From the IMG/VR virus record IMGVR_UViG_2718217897_000003: a stretch of DNA of 16,591 bases. One strand, given 5' to 3'. Each line of letters opens with the position of its first letter. The stretch's first letter is position 1. The position numbers and the translations under genes were made by a program. Origin of the DNA: a virus. Lineage: Duplodnaviria; Heunggongvirae; Uroviricota; Caudoviricetes. Positions 7,838-15,671 of the stretch are shown piece by piece. The notes under the pieces were generated by a model, which worked only from the letters and a program-made list of their open reading frames with translations, was not told the DNA's origin and ran no database searches.

Positions 7838-9061
7838 ATGAGCATGGTTGAATGGATAAGCCACGAGAAAAAAGATAGCCTGATACTATTTGTACATGGA
7901 TTAAATGGTGGTTTGGAAACATGGAACTTTAATAAAGAAATTTCATTTCCAAAACTATTAGCAGAAGATGAAGATATTAGCAACGTATTTGATATTGCAT
8001 GTTTCAATTATTTTACTAAATTCACACAAACGTATGCTAAAACGTCAGGATTCTTGGCTCGTATTTTCTTTAAGAAAAATAAGTTAGAGAGAAATTTACC
8101 AACTGATGAAATAGCTGAGTTATTGTATACTGAGATTAGAGTAACACTAAGTGATTACTCTCGAATTATAATAATCGCCCATAGTATGGGGGGGTTAATA
8201 TCAAAAAATCTAATTCTAAAAAAAGTTGAGCATGAGGAACAATCTAATATAATTGGATTCATTTCGTTAGCAGTCCCTCACTTTGGTGCTAAATTAGCGA
8301 ATATAACTTCAATGGTATCTTCAAATGCTCAGTTAGTAGATCTTGGATTGTTAAGTGAAGCGACTGATACATTGAATAGGCGCTGGATAAATTGTAGCAA
8401 AAAACTTCCTATCACTAGATATGTTTATGGATCTCATGACACTATAGTCGATAAAAAAAGCGCATTACCGATGGATAGTGAACGACATAACTCAATTGCA
8501 GTTAATGAAGGGCATAGCTCAATTTGCAAGCCCGAAAATAGCTCGTCTACAGTGTTTGTTGCGGTAAAGCAATTTATTCAGCAGATAAATTTAGAAGCAC
8601 CCAAGAAGATTTGCGTTGAGCGTTTTTCTGATGATAAACAATATGATAATGAGTATTTCGTCTTAAAAATGATTGTCGCAGATATACATCAGGATATCGC
8701 TCTGCATGCAAAGGAATATTATTATAATGCTGAGCTTGCGAGAAATATTTTTACGAGTGATTACGATAGAAAACAACTTGGTCATTTGTATTCTAAAATA
8801 AGGGAGATTTACCAGGAAGAGTATGAGCAATACATTGCAAATTCAATTTCCCCAGATAAATTTATTGCTGCTGTTCATAGACGAATAACCCAGGAGGATA
8901 AGTCGTCGTTAGATTCTCTTATAAAAAGTTTGGAAACGATACATAAGAAAGGAATGTTGCATCAACTGGCTAACAAAAATGACAGGGATATTGTCTGGTC
9001 ATCTGAAACCAGCGTAGAAACTTTGGAGCAATTACGGCGAGGTAATCATGAAGAAAAATAA
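7838..9061 (+). CDS. Cargo protein 1: lipase-like alpha/beta serine hydrolase with C-terminal helical domain (407 aa), candidate defense effector
   Basis: AT-rich ORF. Oxyanion-hole-like HGLNGG (res 20-25), nucleophile elbow AHSMGG (Ser116, the pentapeptide of Bacillus lipase A), candidate acid Asp201 (YGSHDTIVD) and His226 (NEGHSSI), in the canonical order. The C-terminal 150 residues or so are helical and K/E-rich. The stop overlaps the next gene by 14 nt. Confidence 0.75.
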   Translation: MSMVEWISHEKKDSLILFVHGLNGGLETWNFNKEISFPKLLAEDEDISNVFDIACFNYFTKFTQTYAKTSGFLARIFFKKNKLERNLPTDEIAELLYTEIRVTLSDYSRIIIIAHSMGGLISKNLILKKVEHEEQSNIIGFISLAVPHFGAKLANITSMVSSNAQLVDLGLLSEATDTLNRRWINCSKKLPITRYVYGSHDTIVDKKSALPMDSERHNSIAVNEGHSSICKPENSSSTVFVAVKQFIQQINLEAPKKICVERFSDDKQYDNEYFVLKMIVADIHQDIALHAKEYYYNAELARNIFTSDYDRKQLGHLYSKIREIYQEEYEQYIANSISPDKFIAAVHRRITQEDKSSLDSLIKSLETIHKKGMLHQLANKNDRDIVWSSETSVETLEQLRRGNHEEK

Positions 9062-9560
9062 CTTGCCGTATATACCTCTTGATGAAGAGTATAGTTTGAA
9101 TTTTGCTATGCTTGCCATTGCTATATCTATATTATCTCATAGCAAAAAAGGAGTGTTGTCATTAGATATTAATAAAATACAAATTTTTATGTATCTGATA
9201 AAAAATCCATCAAAAATTGATTGTGCTCTTACAGTTTCGGGGAAAAAGCCTGCTTGTGTCGAGTCCCAGTTAACTTATACAATAAAGAGTTTTTCATCAA
9301 ATGTAGATATCTTATTCGACAATTCCAAAGTGAAATATCTTATAAAAATTATGTCATTGCGGGGATTGCTCTCAGCTGAGAAAAAAAATAATGAGAGTGT
9401 TAAATTATTTTTATCTGAAAAAGGTAAGGAATTTGCTAGCTCATTGACTGATGGATATTTTAAAGAAATAAAACGACTAGCCGAAGCATTGTTACCGCTA
9501 CAAGCATTGCCTACCTCTAAGTTAAACTCTGTTATAAACAAAGTCTTCAAGGAGAAATGA
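9048..9560 (+). CDS. Cargo protein 2: small 170-aa protein of unknown function, possible adaptor or kleisin-like middle component
   Basis: ATG at 9048 lies inside the 3' end of gene 1, and ATGA overlaps gene 3 at 9557-9560, indicating translational coupling in one operon. AT-rich; no motif recognised by eye. Confidence 0.7.
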   Translation: MKKNNLPYIPLDEEYSLNFAMLAIAISILSHSKKGVLSLDINKIQIFMYLIKNPSKIDCALTVSGKKPACVESQLTYTIKSFSSNVDILFDNSKVKYLIKIMSLRGLLSAEKKNNESVKLFLSEKGKEFASSLTDGYFKEIKRLAEALLPLQALPTSKLNSVINKVFKEK

Positions 9561-11527
9561 TGAAATCATATCTCAATATCAATAGTTTGATTCTTGTTGG
9601 CGTTCGTAAAAACTACGTCACTACTTTTTATAAAGGTCTCAATGTTATCTACGGAGACTCTGACACAGGTAAGTCAAGTATTCTGGAGTTTATTAATTAT
9701 CTTTTAGGTGCTAGTTCTATAGATTTAGCAGATGAAATAAAAACATCAGTAAACTATGCTGCTCTTGAAGTAGTGATCAATGATACTGTATTCACAATCG
9801 TAAGAGATATCTATGATCATAAAAAATCAATAGAAGTTTATCGTTGTAAGTTTGATGATTTACATAAACACTTTCCGAAAAAATACGCCCCTAATTATAG
9901 CCCCTTATCAAATGTTGATGGCGTTTTTTCGGAGTTTTTACTTGATAGTCTTAATTTTCCAAAAATTGAAATTAAGGTGTCTCCTTCTAAAGCACATTCA
10001 CAGATGCGCAGGTTAAGCTTTAGAAATATATATAAATTTGTTTATGTAAGTCAGGATGATATTGGTAGTAAATCATTCTTACGATTGGAGGATTGGTCCC
10101 GTTACGCATTTACGAAAGAAGTTTTTAAATACATGTTCAATGTGTTGGATGAAAGCATCGCCAGACTCCAAGGTGAAATATCTGCAAAAAGTAGTTTAGT
10201 AACGGAACTAAATAAGAAGTATCAGATAATATCTGAATTTCTTCGCGATACAGACTATGAAACAATTGAATCAATTGATGATGAGATTAATAGGATAGAT
10301 CTTATTTTAGAAGAACTTGTTGCAGGTTTGTCTGCTCTCGATAAAAATATGAAAGCGGATTCCATGCAGTATACAGAATTGAAAGATGCCCACAATTTTA
10401 TTTCGCTTAAATACAAGGAGTGCATATTAAATATTAGCACGCTTGAGGATAAGATTGATAAATATTCGCGGTTAAAAAATGACTATGATAATGATATTGA
10501 AAAACTCAAAGCGATTAAAACAGCAAATTCTCGCATTGGTGTATTGGATAAGGAAGTATTTTCCTGTCCGATCTGTGATAGCCACATTAAAATAGATGAT
10601 TCCGATTTTCCATTTGAAATTTCATCAGAAAAAGATCTTAATGAAGAGTTGAATTCACTTAGTCGACGTAGACGAAATATTAATGACATGATCTCAGAAA
10701 TGTCATTTAAATTAAAAAAAGAATCTGGTTATAAAAAAGAATTAGATGAACAACTTGACGAGTTGAGAGAGTTAATTGACGAAGAAAGCCAGTCAATGAT
10801 TACACCATTCTTGACTCAGAGAGATTTTTATATTAAAGAGATATCAAAAAACGAGAAGGTTAGGGAGCAGTTAGTAAAAGATTTGAAGGTTAGAAACCAG
10901 CAAGAGGAACTGCTTGAAAAGCATCAGGTACTGATAAAAGATATTGAAACATTAACTGAACGCTTGGATGCGTTAAAGAAAAACGCACCTAGTATGGAAG
11001 GCATTTTACAAGGTTTAGGTGATAGATTTAGTCAGTATTTGAAGGGTATTAATATCAAAAACAGAACGGGGATAAAAATCTCTGAAAGATATTACACCCC
11101 TGTTATAAGAGGAAAGGAATATTTTAAAATAACGTCCGGAGGTTTGAGAACTATTTCTTCTATTGGGTATCTTTTGTCTATTCTTGATTATGCAATAGAC
11201 CATAATGTTAACCATCCTTTACTTTTGATATTTGATACGGTTGGTAAATATTTAGGGAAACAGACCAAGGAAAAATACTCAAAAGAAACTCTTGCAGTCG
11301 AGGATGACCTTGAGGGGATGTCAGACCCGATGAAGTATCAAAATATTTATGAGCAACTATTGAATACAGTTCAAAAAGCAGAAAGAAAAAATGTTCCGTG
11401 CCAGATTATATTAGTTGATAATGATTTGCCTAATTCGTTTTCTACTGGTGAACTTTCGAATATTATCGCTCATTATAGCTCGGTTGGTGAGGATGGTTTG
11501 CCTTTAGGTTTAATTGATGACCTTTAA
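9557..11527 (+). CDS. Cargo protein 3: SMC/Rad50/SbcC-like ABC ATPase with coiled coil and CxxC hook (656 aa)
   Basis: N-terminal Walker A GDSDTGKSS (K39), Q-loop-like VSQDD (Q166), a charged heptad-rich segment of about 350 residues with a single CPIC (C337/C340) near its middle, signature-like TSGG (526-529) and Walker B-like LLLIFD (555-560). Confidence 0.8.
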   Translation: MMKSYLNINSLILVGVRKNYVTTFYKGLNVIYGDSDTGKSSILEFINYLLGASSIDLADEIKTSVNYAALEVVINDTVFTIVRDIYDHKKSIEVYRCKFDDLHKHFPKKYAPNYSPLSNVDGVFSEFLLDSLNFPKIEIKVSPSKAHSQMRRLSFRNIYKFVYVSQDDIGSKSFLRLEDWSRYAFTKEVFKYMFNVLDESIARLQGEISAKSSLVTELNKKYQIISEFLRDTDYETIESIDDEINRIDLILEELVAGLSALDKNMKADSMQYTELKDAHNFISLKYKECILNISTLEDKIDKYSRLKNDYDNDIEKLKAIKTANSRIGVLDKEVFSCPICDSHIKIDDSDFPFEISSEKDLNEELNSLSRRRRNINDMISEMSFKLKKESGYKKELDEQLDELRELIDEESQSMITPFLTQRDFYIKEISKNEKVREQLVKDLKVRNQQEELLEKHQVLIKDIETLTERLDALKKNAPSMEGILQGLGDRFSQYLKGINIKNRTGIKISERYYTPVIRGKEYFKITSGGLRTISSIGYLLSILDYAIDHNVNHPLLLIFDTVGKYLGKQTKEKYSKETLAVEDDLEGMSDPMKYQNIYEQLLNTVQKAERKNVPCQIILVDNDLPNSFSTGELSNIIAHYSSVGEDGLPLGLIDDL

Positions 11528-11655
11528 TACTATACATGCATTTTTTTGAATTAGATTGCATGTGGATAATGAGTCTATTTAGTGAAGGGAAGGTTTTGTG
11601 TGACGTGACTTTCGATAAAATTCAACCGCATTAAAACCGCCCCATGAAGCGGGCG

Positions 11656-11674
11656 GGCGAGGCGGGGAAAGCAC
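11656..11674. other. cos site (19-nt cohesive-end sequence GGCGAGGCGGGGAAAGCAC) with flanking G/T-rich repeats
   Basis: The 19-mer matches the P2 cohesive end as I recall it, lying between the end of the rightward operon and the 3' end of Q, where cos sits in a P2 prophage. G/T-rich reiterated motifs follow at about 11700-11815. Confidence 0.65.
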
Positions 11675-11815
11675 TGCGCGCTGGCGGTGGTGCTGATTTT
11701 ATTTTTTAGCGTCTCAGCGCGTCGTGATGGCGTTTAGATTGTGCGCCGGGGCGTTGGTGTGTCTGCGGGGTGTTTTGTGCGGTGGTGAGCGTGTGAGGGC
11801 GTGATGACGGGGTGT

Positions 11816-11837
11816 AAAAAAGCCGCCCGCAGGCGGC
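11816..11837 (-). terminator. Rho-independent terminator downstream of Q (minus strand)
   Basis: GCCGCC-cgca-GGCGGC hairpin at 11822-11837, preceded on the plus strand by AAAAAA (a U-run on the minus strand after the stem), immediately 3' of the Q stop at 11843-11845. Confidence 0.55.
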
Positions 11838-11842
11838 GATGT

Positions 11843-12814
11843 TCAGCCGTTGTCAGTGTCCAGTGAGTAGTTTTTAAAGCGGATGACCTCCTGACCGAGC
11901 CAGCCGTTTATCTCACGGATCCTGTCCTGTAACGGGATAAGCTCATTGCGGACAAAGACCTTTGCCACTTTCTCAATATCACCCAGCGACCCGACGTTCT
12001 CCGGCTTGCCGCCCATCAACTGAAAGGGGATGCGGTGCGCGTCCAGCAGGTCTGCGGCACTGGCTTTTTTGATATTAAAAAAATCGTCCTTCGTCGCCAC
12101 TTCACTGAGCGGGATAATTTTAATGCCGTCGGCTTTTCCCTGTGGGGCATAGAGAAACAGGTTTTTAAAGTTGTTGCGGCCTTTCGACTTCACCATGTTT
12201 TCGCGAAGCATTTCGATATCGTTGCGATCCTGCACGGCATCAGTGACGTACATGATGTATCCGGCATGTGCGCCGTTTTCGTAATACTTGCGGCGGAACA
12301 GCGTGGCCGACTCATTCAGCCAGGCAGAGTTAAGGGCGCTGAGATATTCCGGCAGGCCGTACAGCTCCTGATTAATATCGGGCTCCAGCAGGTGAAACAC
12401 GGAACCGGGCGCGAAGGCTGTCGGTTCGTTGAAGGACGGCACCCACCAGTAAACATCCTCCTCCACGCCACGGCGGGTATATTTTGCCGGTGAGGTTTCC
12501 AGTCTGATGACCTTACCGGTGGTGCTGTAACGCTTTTCCAGAAACGCATTACCGAACACCAGAAAATCCAGCACAAAGCGGCTGAAATCCTGCTGGGAAA
12601 GCCACGGGTGCGGGATAAACGTTGAAGCCAGAATATTACGTTTGACGTAAATCGGTGAGCTGTGATGCACGGCAGCACGCAGACTTTTTGCCAGACCGGT
12701 AAAGCTGACCGGTGGCTCATACCATCTGCCGTTACTGATGCATTCGACGTAATCCAGAATGTCACGGCGGTCGAGTACCGGCACTGGCTCACCATGCTGA
12801 AAAATCAGCTTCAT
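11843..12814 (-). CDS. Q: Portal protein Q (323 aa as encoded here; 5' end abuts a deletion junction, possibly N-terminally truncated)
   Basis: Minus-strand ORF with host-like GC content in the expected place and orientation next to cos. From memory P2 Q is about 344 aa, so about 20 codons may be missing. Sequence directly upstream of its ATG is lysB-derived rather than gene P. Confidence 0.8.
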   Translation of the reverse strand: MKLIFQHGEPVPVLDRRDILDYVECISNGRWYEPPVSFTGLAKSLRAAVHHSSPIYVKRNILASTFIPHPWLSQQDFSRFVLDFLVFGNAFLEKRYSTTGKVIRLETSPAKYTRRGVEEDVYWWVPSFNEPTAFAPGSVFHLLEPDINQELYGLPEYLSALNSAWLNESATLFRRKYYENGAHAGYIMYVTDAVQDRNDIEMLRENMVKSKGRNNFKNLFLYAPQGKADGIKIIPLSEVATKDDFFNIKKASAADLLDAHRIPFQLMGGKPENVGSLGDIEKVAKVFVRNELIPLQDRIREINGWLGQEVIRFKNYSLDTDNG

Positions 12815-13075
12815 GTTGCGCTCACCAGGGCAGACAAAAACGAGCTGGCGCAGGTGGCACTGCGTCAGGAACTGGAAAACGCCGCGAAGCGTGAAGCTCA
12901 GCGCGAGAAAACCATCACGAGATTACTCAATGAAAACGAAGATTTCCGCCGCTGGTATGGCGCTGACCTGCCTGATGCTGTGCGCCGGTTGCACCAGCGC
13001 CCCGCCTGCACCGACGCCAGTGATTGTCCACAACGCCTGCCCGAAAGTGAGTCTTTGCCCGATGCCGGGCAGTGA
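12815..13075 (+). pseudogene. lysB: lysB remnant (Rz-like spanin, 3' portion only)
   Basis: The frame ending at 13075 encodes ...ALTRADKNELAQVALRQELENAAKREAQREKTITRLLNENEDFRRWYGADLPDAVRRLHQRPACTDASDCPQRLPESESLPDAGQ, but upstream of about 12815 the same frame is antisense to Q. There is no lysB start or N-terminal transmembrane region. The 5' boundary is approximate (plus or minus 30 nt). Confidence 0.6.
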
Positions 13076-13220
13076 CCCGCAGACGAACGGCGATTTAAGT
13101 GCCGATATCCGGCAGCTTGAGAACGCGCTGGCACGCTGTGCCAGCCAGGTAAAAATGATTAAACACTGTCAGGACGAAAACGATGCTCAAACCCGACAGC
13201 CTGCGCAGGGCGCTGACTGA
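12930..13220 (+). CDS. lysC: LysC (Rz1-like outer-membrane lipoprotein spanin, 96 aa), embedded in the lysB frame region
   Basis: MKTKISAAGMALTCLMLCAGCTS has a signal peptide and lipobox Cys; the rest is proline-rich. Embedded out of frame in lysB as in P2. Likely non-functional without full LysB. Confidence 0.7.
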   Translation: MKTKISAAGMALTCLMLCAGCTSAPPAPTPVIVHNACPKVSLCPMPGSDPQTNGDLSADIRQLENALARCASQVKMIKHCQDENDAQTRQPAQGAD

Positions 13221-13650
13221 TGCCGTCACGGTGCTGAAAACTAACCCCGATATGCTTCGGATATTCGTGGATAACGGGAGTATTGCCTCCACACTGGCGA
13301 CGTCGCTGTCATTCGAAAAGCGTTACACGCTCAATGTCATTGTGACCGATTTTACCGGTGATTTTGACCTGCTCATCGTGCCGGTGCTGGCGTGGCTGCG
13401 GGAAAATCAGCCCGACATCATGACCACCGACGAAGGCCAGAAAAAAGGCTTCACGTTTTATGCAGACATCAACAATGACAGCAGCTTTGATATCAGTATC
13501 AGCCTGATGCTGACCGAACGCACGCTGGTCAGTGAGGTGGGCGGCGCGCTGCATGTGAAGAATATCCCGGAACCCCCGCCGCCGGAGCCGGTCACCCGCC
13601 CGATGGAGCTTTATATCAATGGCGAACTGGTGAGTAAGTGGGATGAATGA
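13183..13650 (+). CDS. R: Tail completion protein R (155 aa)
   Basis: MLKPDSLRRALTDAVTVLKTNPDMLRIFVDNGS... matches P2 gpR in sequence as I recall it, and in size and position. Confidence 0.9.
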   Translation: MLKPDSLRRALTDAVTVLKTNPDMLRIFVDNGSIASTLATSLSFEKRYTLNVIVTDFTGDFDLLIVPVLAWLRENQPDIMTTDEGQKKGFTFYADINNDSSFDISISLMLTERTLVSEVGGALHVKNIPEPPPPEPVTRPMELYINGELVSKWDE

Positions 13651-14095
13651 GTTTAAGCGTTTTGAAGACCGGCTGACCGGGCTGATTGAATCGCTGTCAC
13701 CGTCAGGGCGTCGGCGACTGAGCGCCGAACTGGCGAAACGTCTGCGTCAGAGTCAGCAGCGTCGGGTGATGGCACAGAAAGCCCCGGACGGCACCCCCTA
13801 CGCGCCACGTCAGCAGCAGAGCGCCAGAAAAAAGACCGGTCGCGTTAAGCGAAAAATGTTTGCGAAACTTATTACCAGTCGTTTTTTGCATATCCGCGCC
13901 AGCCCGGAACAGGCATCAATGGAATTTTACGGCGGGAAGTCGCCGAAAATCGCCAGTGTGCATCAGTTCGGTCTGTCGGAAGAAACCCGGAAAGACGGTA
14001 AGAAAATTGATTATCCGGCGCGTCCTCTGCTCGGCTTTACCGGTGAGGATGTGCAGATGATTGAAGAGATTATCCTGGCTCACCTTGAGCGTTAG
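13643..14095 (+). CDS. S: Tail completion protein S (150 aa)
   Basis: MNEFKRFEDRLTGLIESLSPSGRRRLSAELAKRLRQSQQRRV... matches P2 gpS as I recall it; start overlaps the R stop. Confidence 0.9.
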   Translation: MNEFKRFEDRLTGLIESLSPSGRRRLSAELAKRLRQSQQRRVMAQKAPDGTPYAPRQQQSARKKTGRVKRKMFAKLITSRFLHIRASPEQASMEFYGGKSPKIASVHQFGLSEETRKDGKKIDYPARPLLGFTGEDVQMIEEIILAHLER

Positions 14096-14125
14096 TTTTA
14101 TCCAGGCAGAGGCTGATGCGCAATT

Positions 14126-14160
14126 AAACATTGAGCGGCCATGCTGGTCGCTCAATGTTT
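14126..14160. terminator. Perfect 12-bp-stem hairpin between convergent S and the membrane-protein gene; candidate bidirectional terminator
   Basis: AAACATTGAGCG-(11 nt loop)-CGCTCAATGTTT, 30 nt after the S stop and just before the minus-strand gene's stop. Only a short U-run (the stem's own TTT). Confidence 0.45.
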
Positions 14161-14166
14161 AGAGGC

Positions 14167-14952
14167 TTATGAGTGATTTTTATTTGATGCTTTGTATTCT
14201 ACAACCTTCTTATTGGCGTAAAGGAATTTTGTATATGACAGGAATATAACCAGACCTGAAATGAAATAGATGAGGGATATTATTAATAATGCTTTTTTTT
14301 GGCTGTTATTATCTTTAATTTCCTGACTTAACCATTCCGAGTCCTCCTCGTTTAGCTGTAAGAGCTTATTGCAGGCGATCTCAGGAAGTGTGTCTTTTAT
14401 AAATATGTTTCGTAGCCTCTTGCAATCGGCAAGGCTATAAGTTTTATTGAATTCAACTGTTTTATTGTTGAAGGATAAAAGAACTTTGTCACTATAAACA
14501 TAGTACATCATATTTTTATATGGTATGCCTATGGCATCTCTTACTATAGCGGATTGTTTGTTGTGTATATAACATGCGAAGAGAATATAAATAATGCTGG
14601 ACAGAATTACAATTATTGTTTTAATTATGTGTGGTGGTTTTGTTATGTCACCCCAGAAGCGAGTAAGAAAAAAATACGATGTTTTTAGTTTTCCATCAAT
14701 CAGCCCCTGCTGTATCATTCTCACATCTTCGATGCCTGATACATTGATTCCGTTAATTATTTTAAATAGTTGAATGTCGCGCCATTTTTTGTCGAGCATT
14801 TTTAACTTTCTGTCTGAATACTCAAAATTGAAATGATGTGCAATAAACCTCATAAGATTACTTTTACCAAAGGTAATAAATGTTAATGCTATTAATAAAA
14901 ATAGATACAAAGAGATAAACCACCACGCATTAGTCACATTATCACTGAACAT
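14167..14952 (-). CDS. AT-rich cargo gene: 261-aa integral membrane protein (about 3 predicted TM helices), unknown function, in the S-V slot (P2 orf30 position)
   Basis: ATG complement at 14950-14952 with GAGGAG 8 nt upstream on the minus strand. Hydrophobic segments WWFISLYLFLLIALTFITF, IIVILSSIIYILFACYI and ALLIISLIYFISGLVIFLSY. Opposite strand to the flanking tail genes. Confidence 0.8.
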   Translation of the reverse strand: MFSDNVTNAWWFISLYLFLLIALTFITFGKSNLMRFIAHHFNFEYSDRKLKMLDKKWRDIQLFKIINGINVSGIEDVRMIQQGLIDGKLKTSYFFLTRFWGDITKPPHIIKTIIVILSSIIYILFACYIHNKQSAIVRDAIGIPYKNMMYYVYSDKVLLSFNNKTVEFNKTYSLADCKRLRNIFIKDTLPEIACNKLLQLNEEDSEWLSQEIKDNNSQKKALLIISLIYFISGLVIFLSYTKFLYANKKVVEYKASNKNHS

Positions 14953-15035
14953 TACGCTCTCCTCGAATGTTGTATGGTCGTTCTACAAATGAATCCAGAT
15001 AGCATAACTTTTATATATTGTGCAATCTCACACGC

Positions 15036-15671
15036 ATGAACACTCTCGCAAATATTCAGGAACTCGCGCGCGCACTGCGCAACATGATTCGTACCGGCCT
15101 TGTCGTCGAAACCAACCTTAAAGCCGGTCGCTGCCGTGTGCAGACCGGTGGCATGTGCACTGACTGGCTTCAGTGGCTGACCCATCGTGCCGGACGTTCG
15201 CGCACATGGTGGGCACCTTCCGTGGGGGAACAGGTGCTGATTCTGGCTGTGGGCGGTGAACTCGACACGGCGTTCGTTCTGCCGGGGATTTATTCCGGCG
15301 ATAACCCCGCGCCGTCTGCGTCGGCGGATGCCCTGCATATCCGTTTCCCTGACGGGGCGGTGATTGAGTATGAACCCGAAACCAGTGCACTCACGGTAAG
15401 CGGAATTAAAACGGCCAGCGTGACGGCTTCTGATTCTGTTACTGCCACGGTGCCGGTGGTCATGGTGAAAGCATCAACCCGCGTCACCCTGGACACACCG
15501 GAGGTGGTTTGCACCAACAGGCTGATTACCGGCACGCTGGAAGTGCAGAAGGGCGGGACGATGCGCGGCAACATTGAACACACCGGCGGTGAACTCTCAT
15601 CAAACGGTAAGGTACTGCATACCCATAAACACCCCGGCGACAGCGGCGGCACAACCGGGAGCCCTCTATGA
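15036..15671 (+). CDS. V: Baseplate spike protein V (211 aa)
   Basis: MNTLANIQELARALRNMIRTGLVVETNLKAGRCRVQTGG... matches P2 gpV as I recall it. The ORF-track start at 15018 is a TTG extension; ATG at 15036. Confidence 0.92.
   Translation: MNTLANIQELARALRNMIRTGLVVETNLKAGRCRVQTGGMCTDWLQWLTHRAGRSRTWWAPSVGEQVLILAVGGELDTAFVLPGIYSGDNPAPSASADALHIRFPDGAVIEYEPETSALTVSGIKTASVTASDSVTATVPVVMVKASTRVTLDTPEVVCTNRLITGTLEVQKGGTMRGNIEHTGGELSSNGKVLHTHKHPGDSGGTTGSPL

Noticed and set aside
9381-9388. A8 homopolymer inside cargo gene 2 (and T8 at 2924-2931 between C and int) as possible phase-variation tracts
   Set aside because: Too short for efficient slipped-strand switching, and AT-rich DNA contains such runs by chance.
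9275-9550. 91-aa minus-strand ORF inside cargo gene 2
   Set aside because: Antisense chance ORF in AT-rich DNA; the sense-strand genes show translational coupling that leaves no room for it.
11528-11655. Weak inverted repeat CATGCA...TGCATG after cargo gene 3 as an operon terminator
   Set aside because: Short arms, a 16-nt loop and no clean U-run; could not be separated from chance in AT-rich sequence.
12035-12795. Plus- and minus-strand ORFs (152 and 159 aa) overlapping Q
   Set aside because: Alternate-frame or antisense reads within the portal gene; Arg/Cys-rich with no start context.
12662-12814. N-terminal part of the 137-aa plus ORF (MMHGSTQ...) as the start of lysB
   Set aside because: This stretch is the antisense of Q; only the portion after about 12815 is lysB-derived, so there is no intact lysB.
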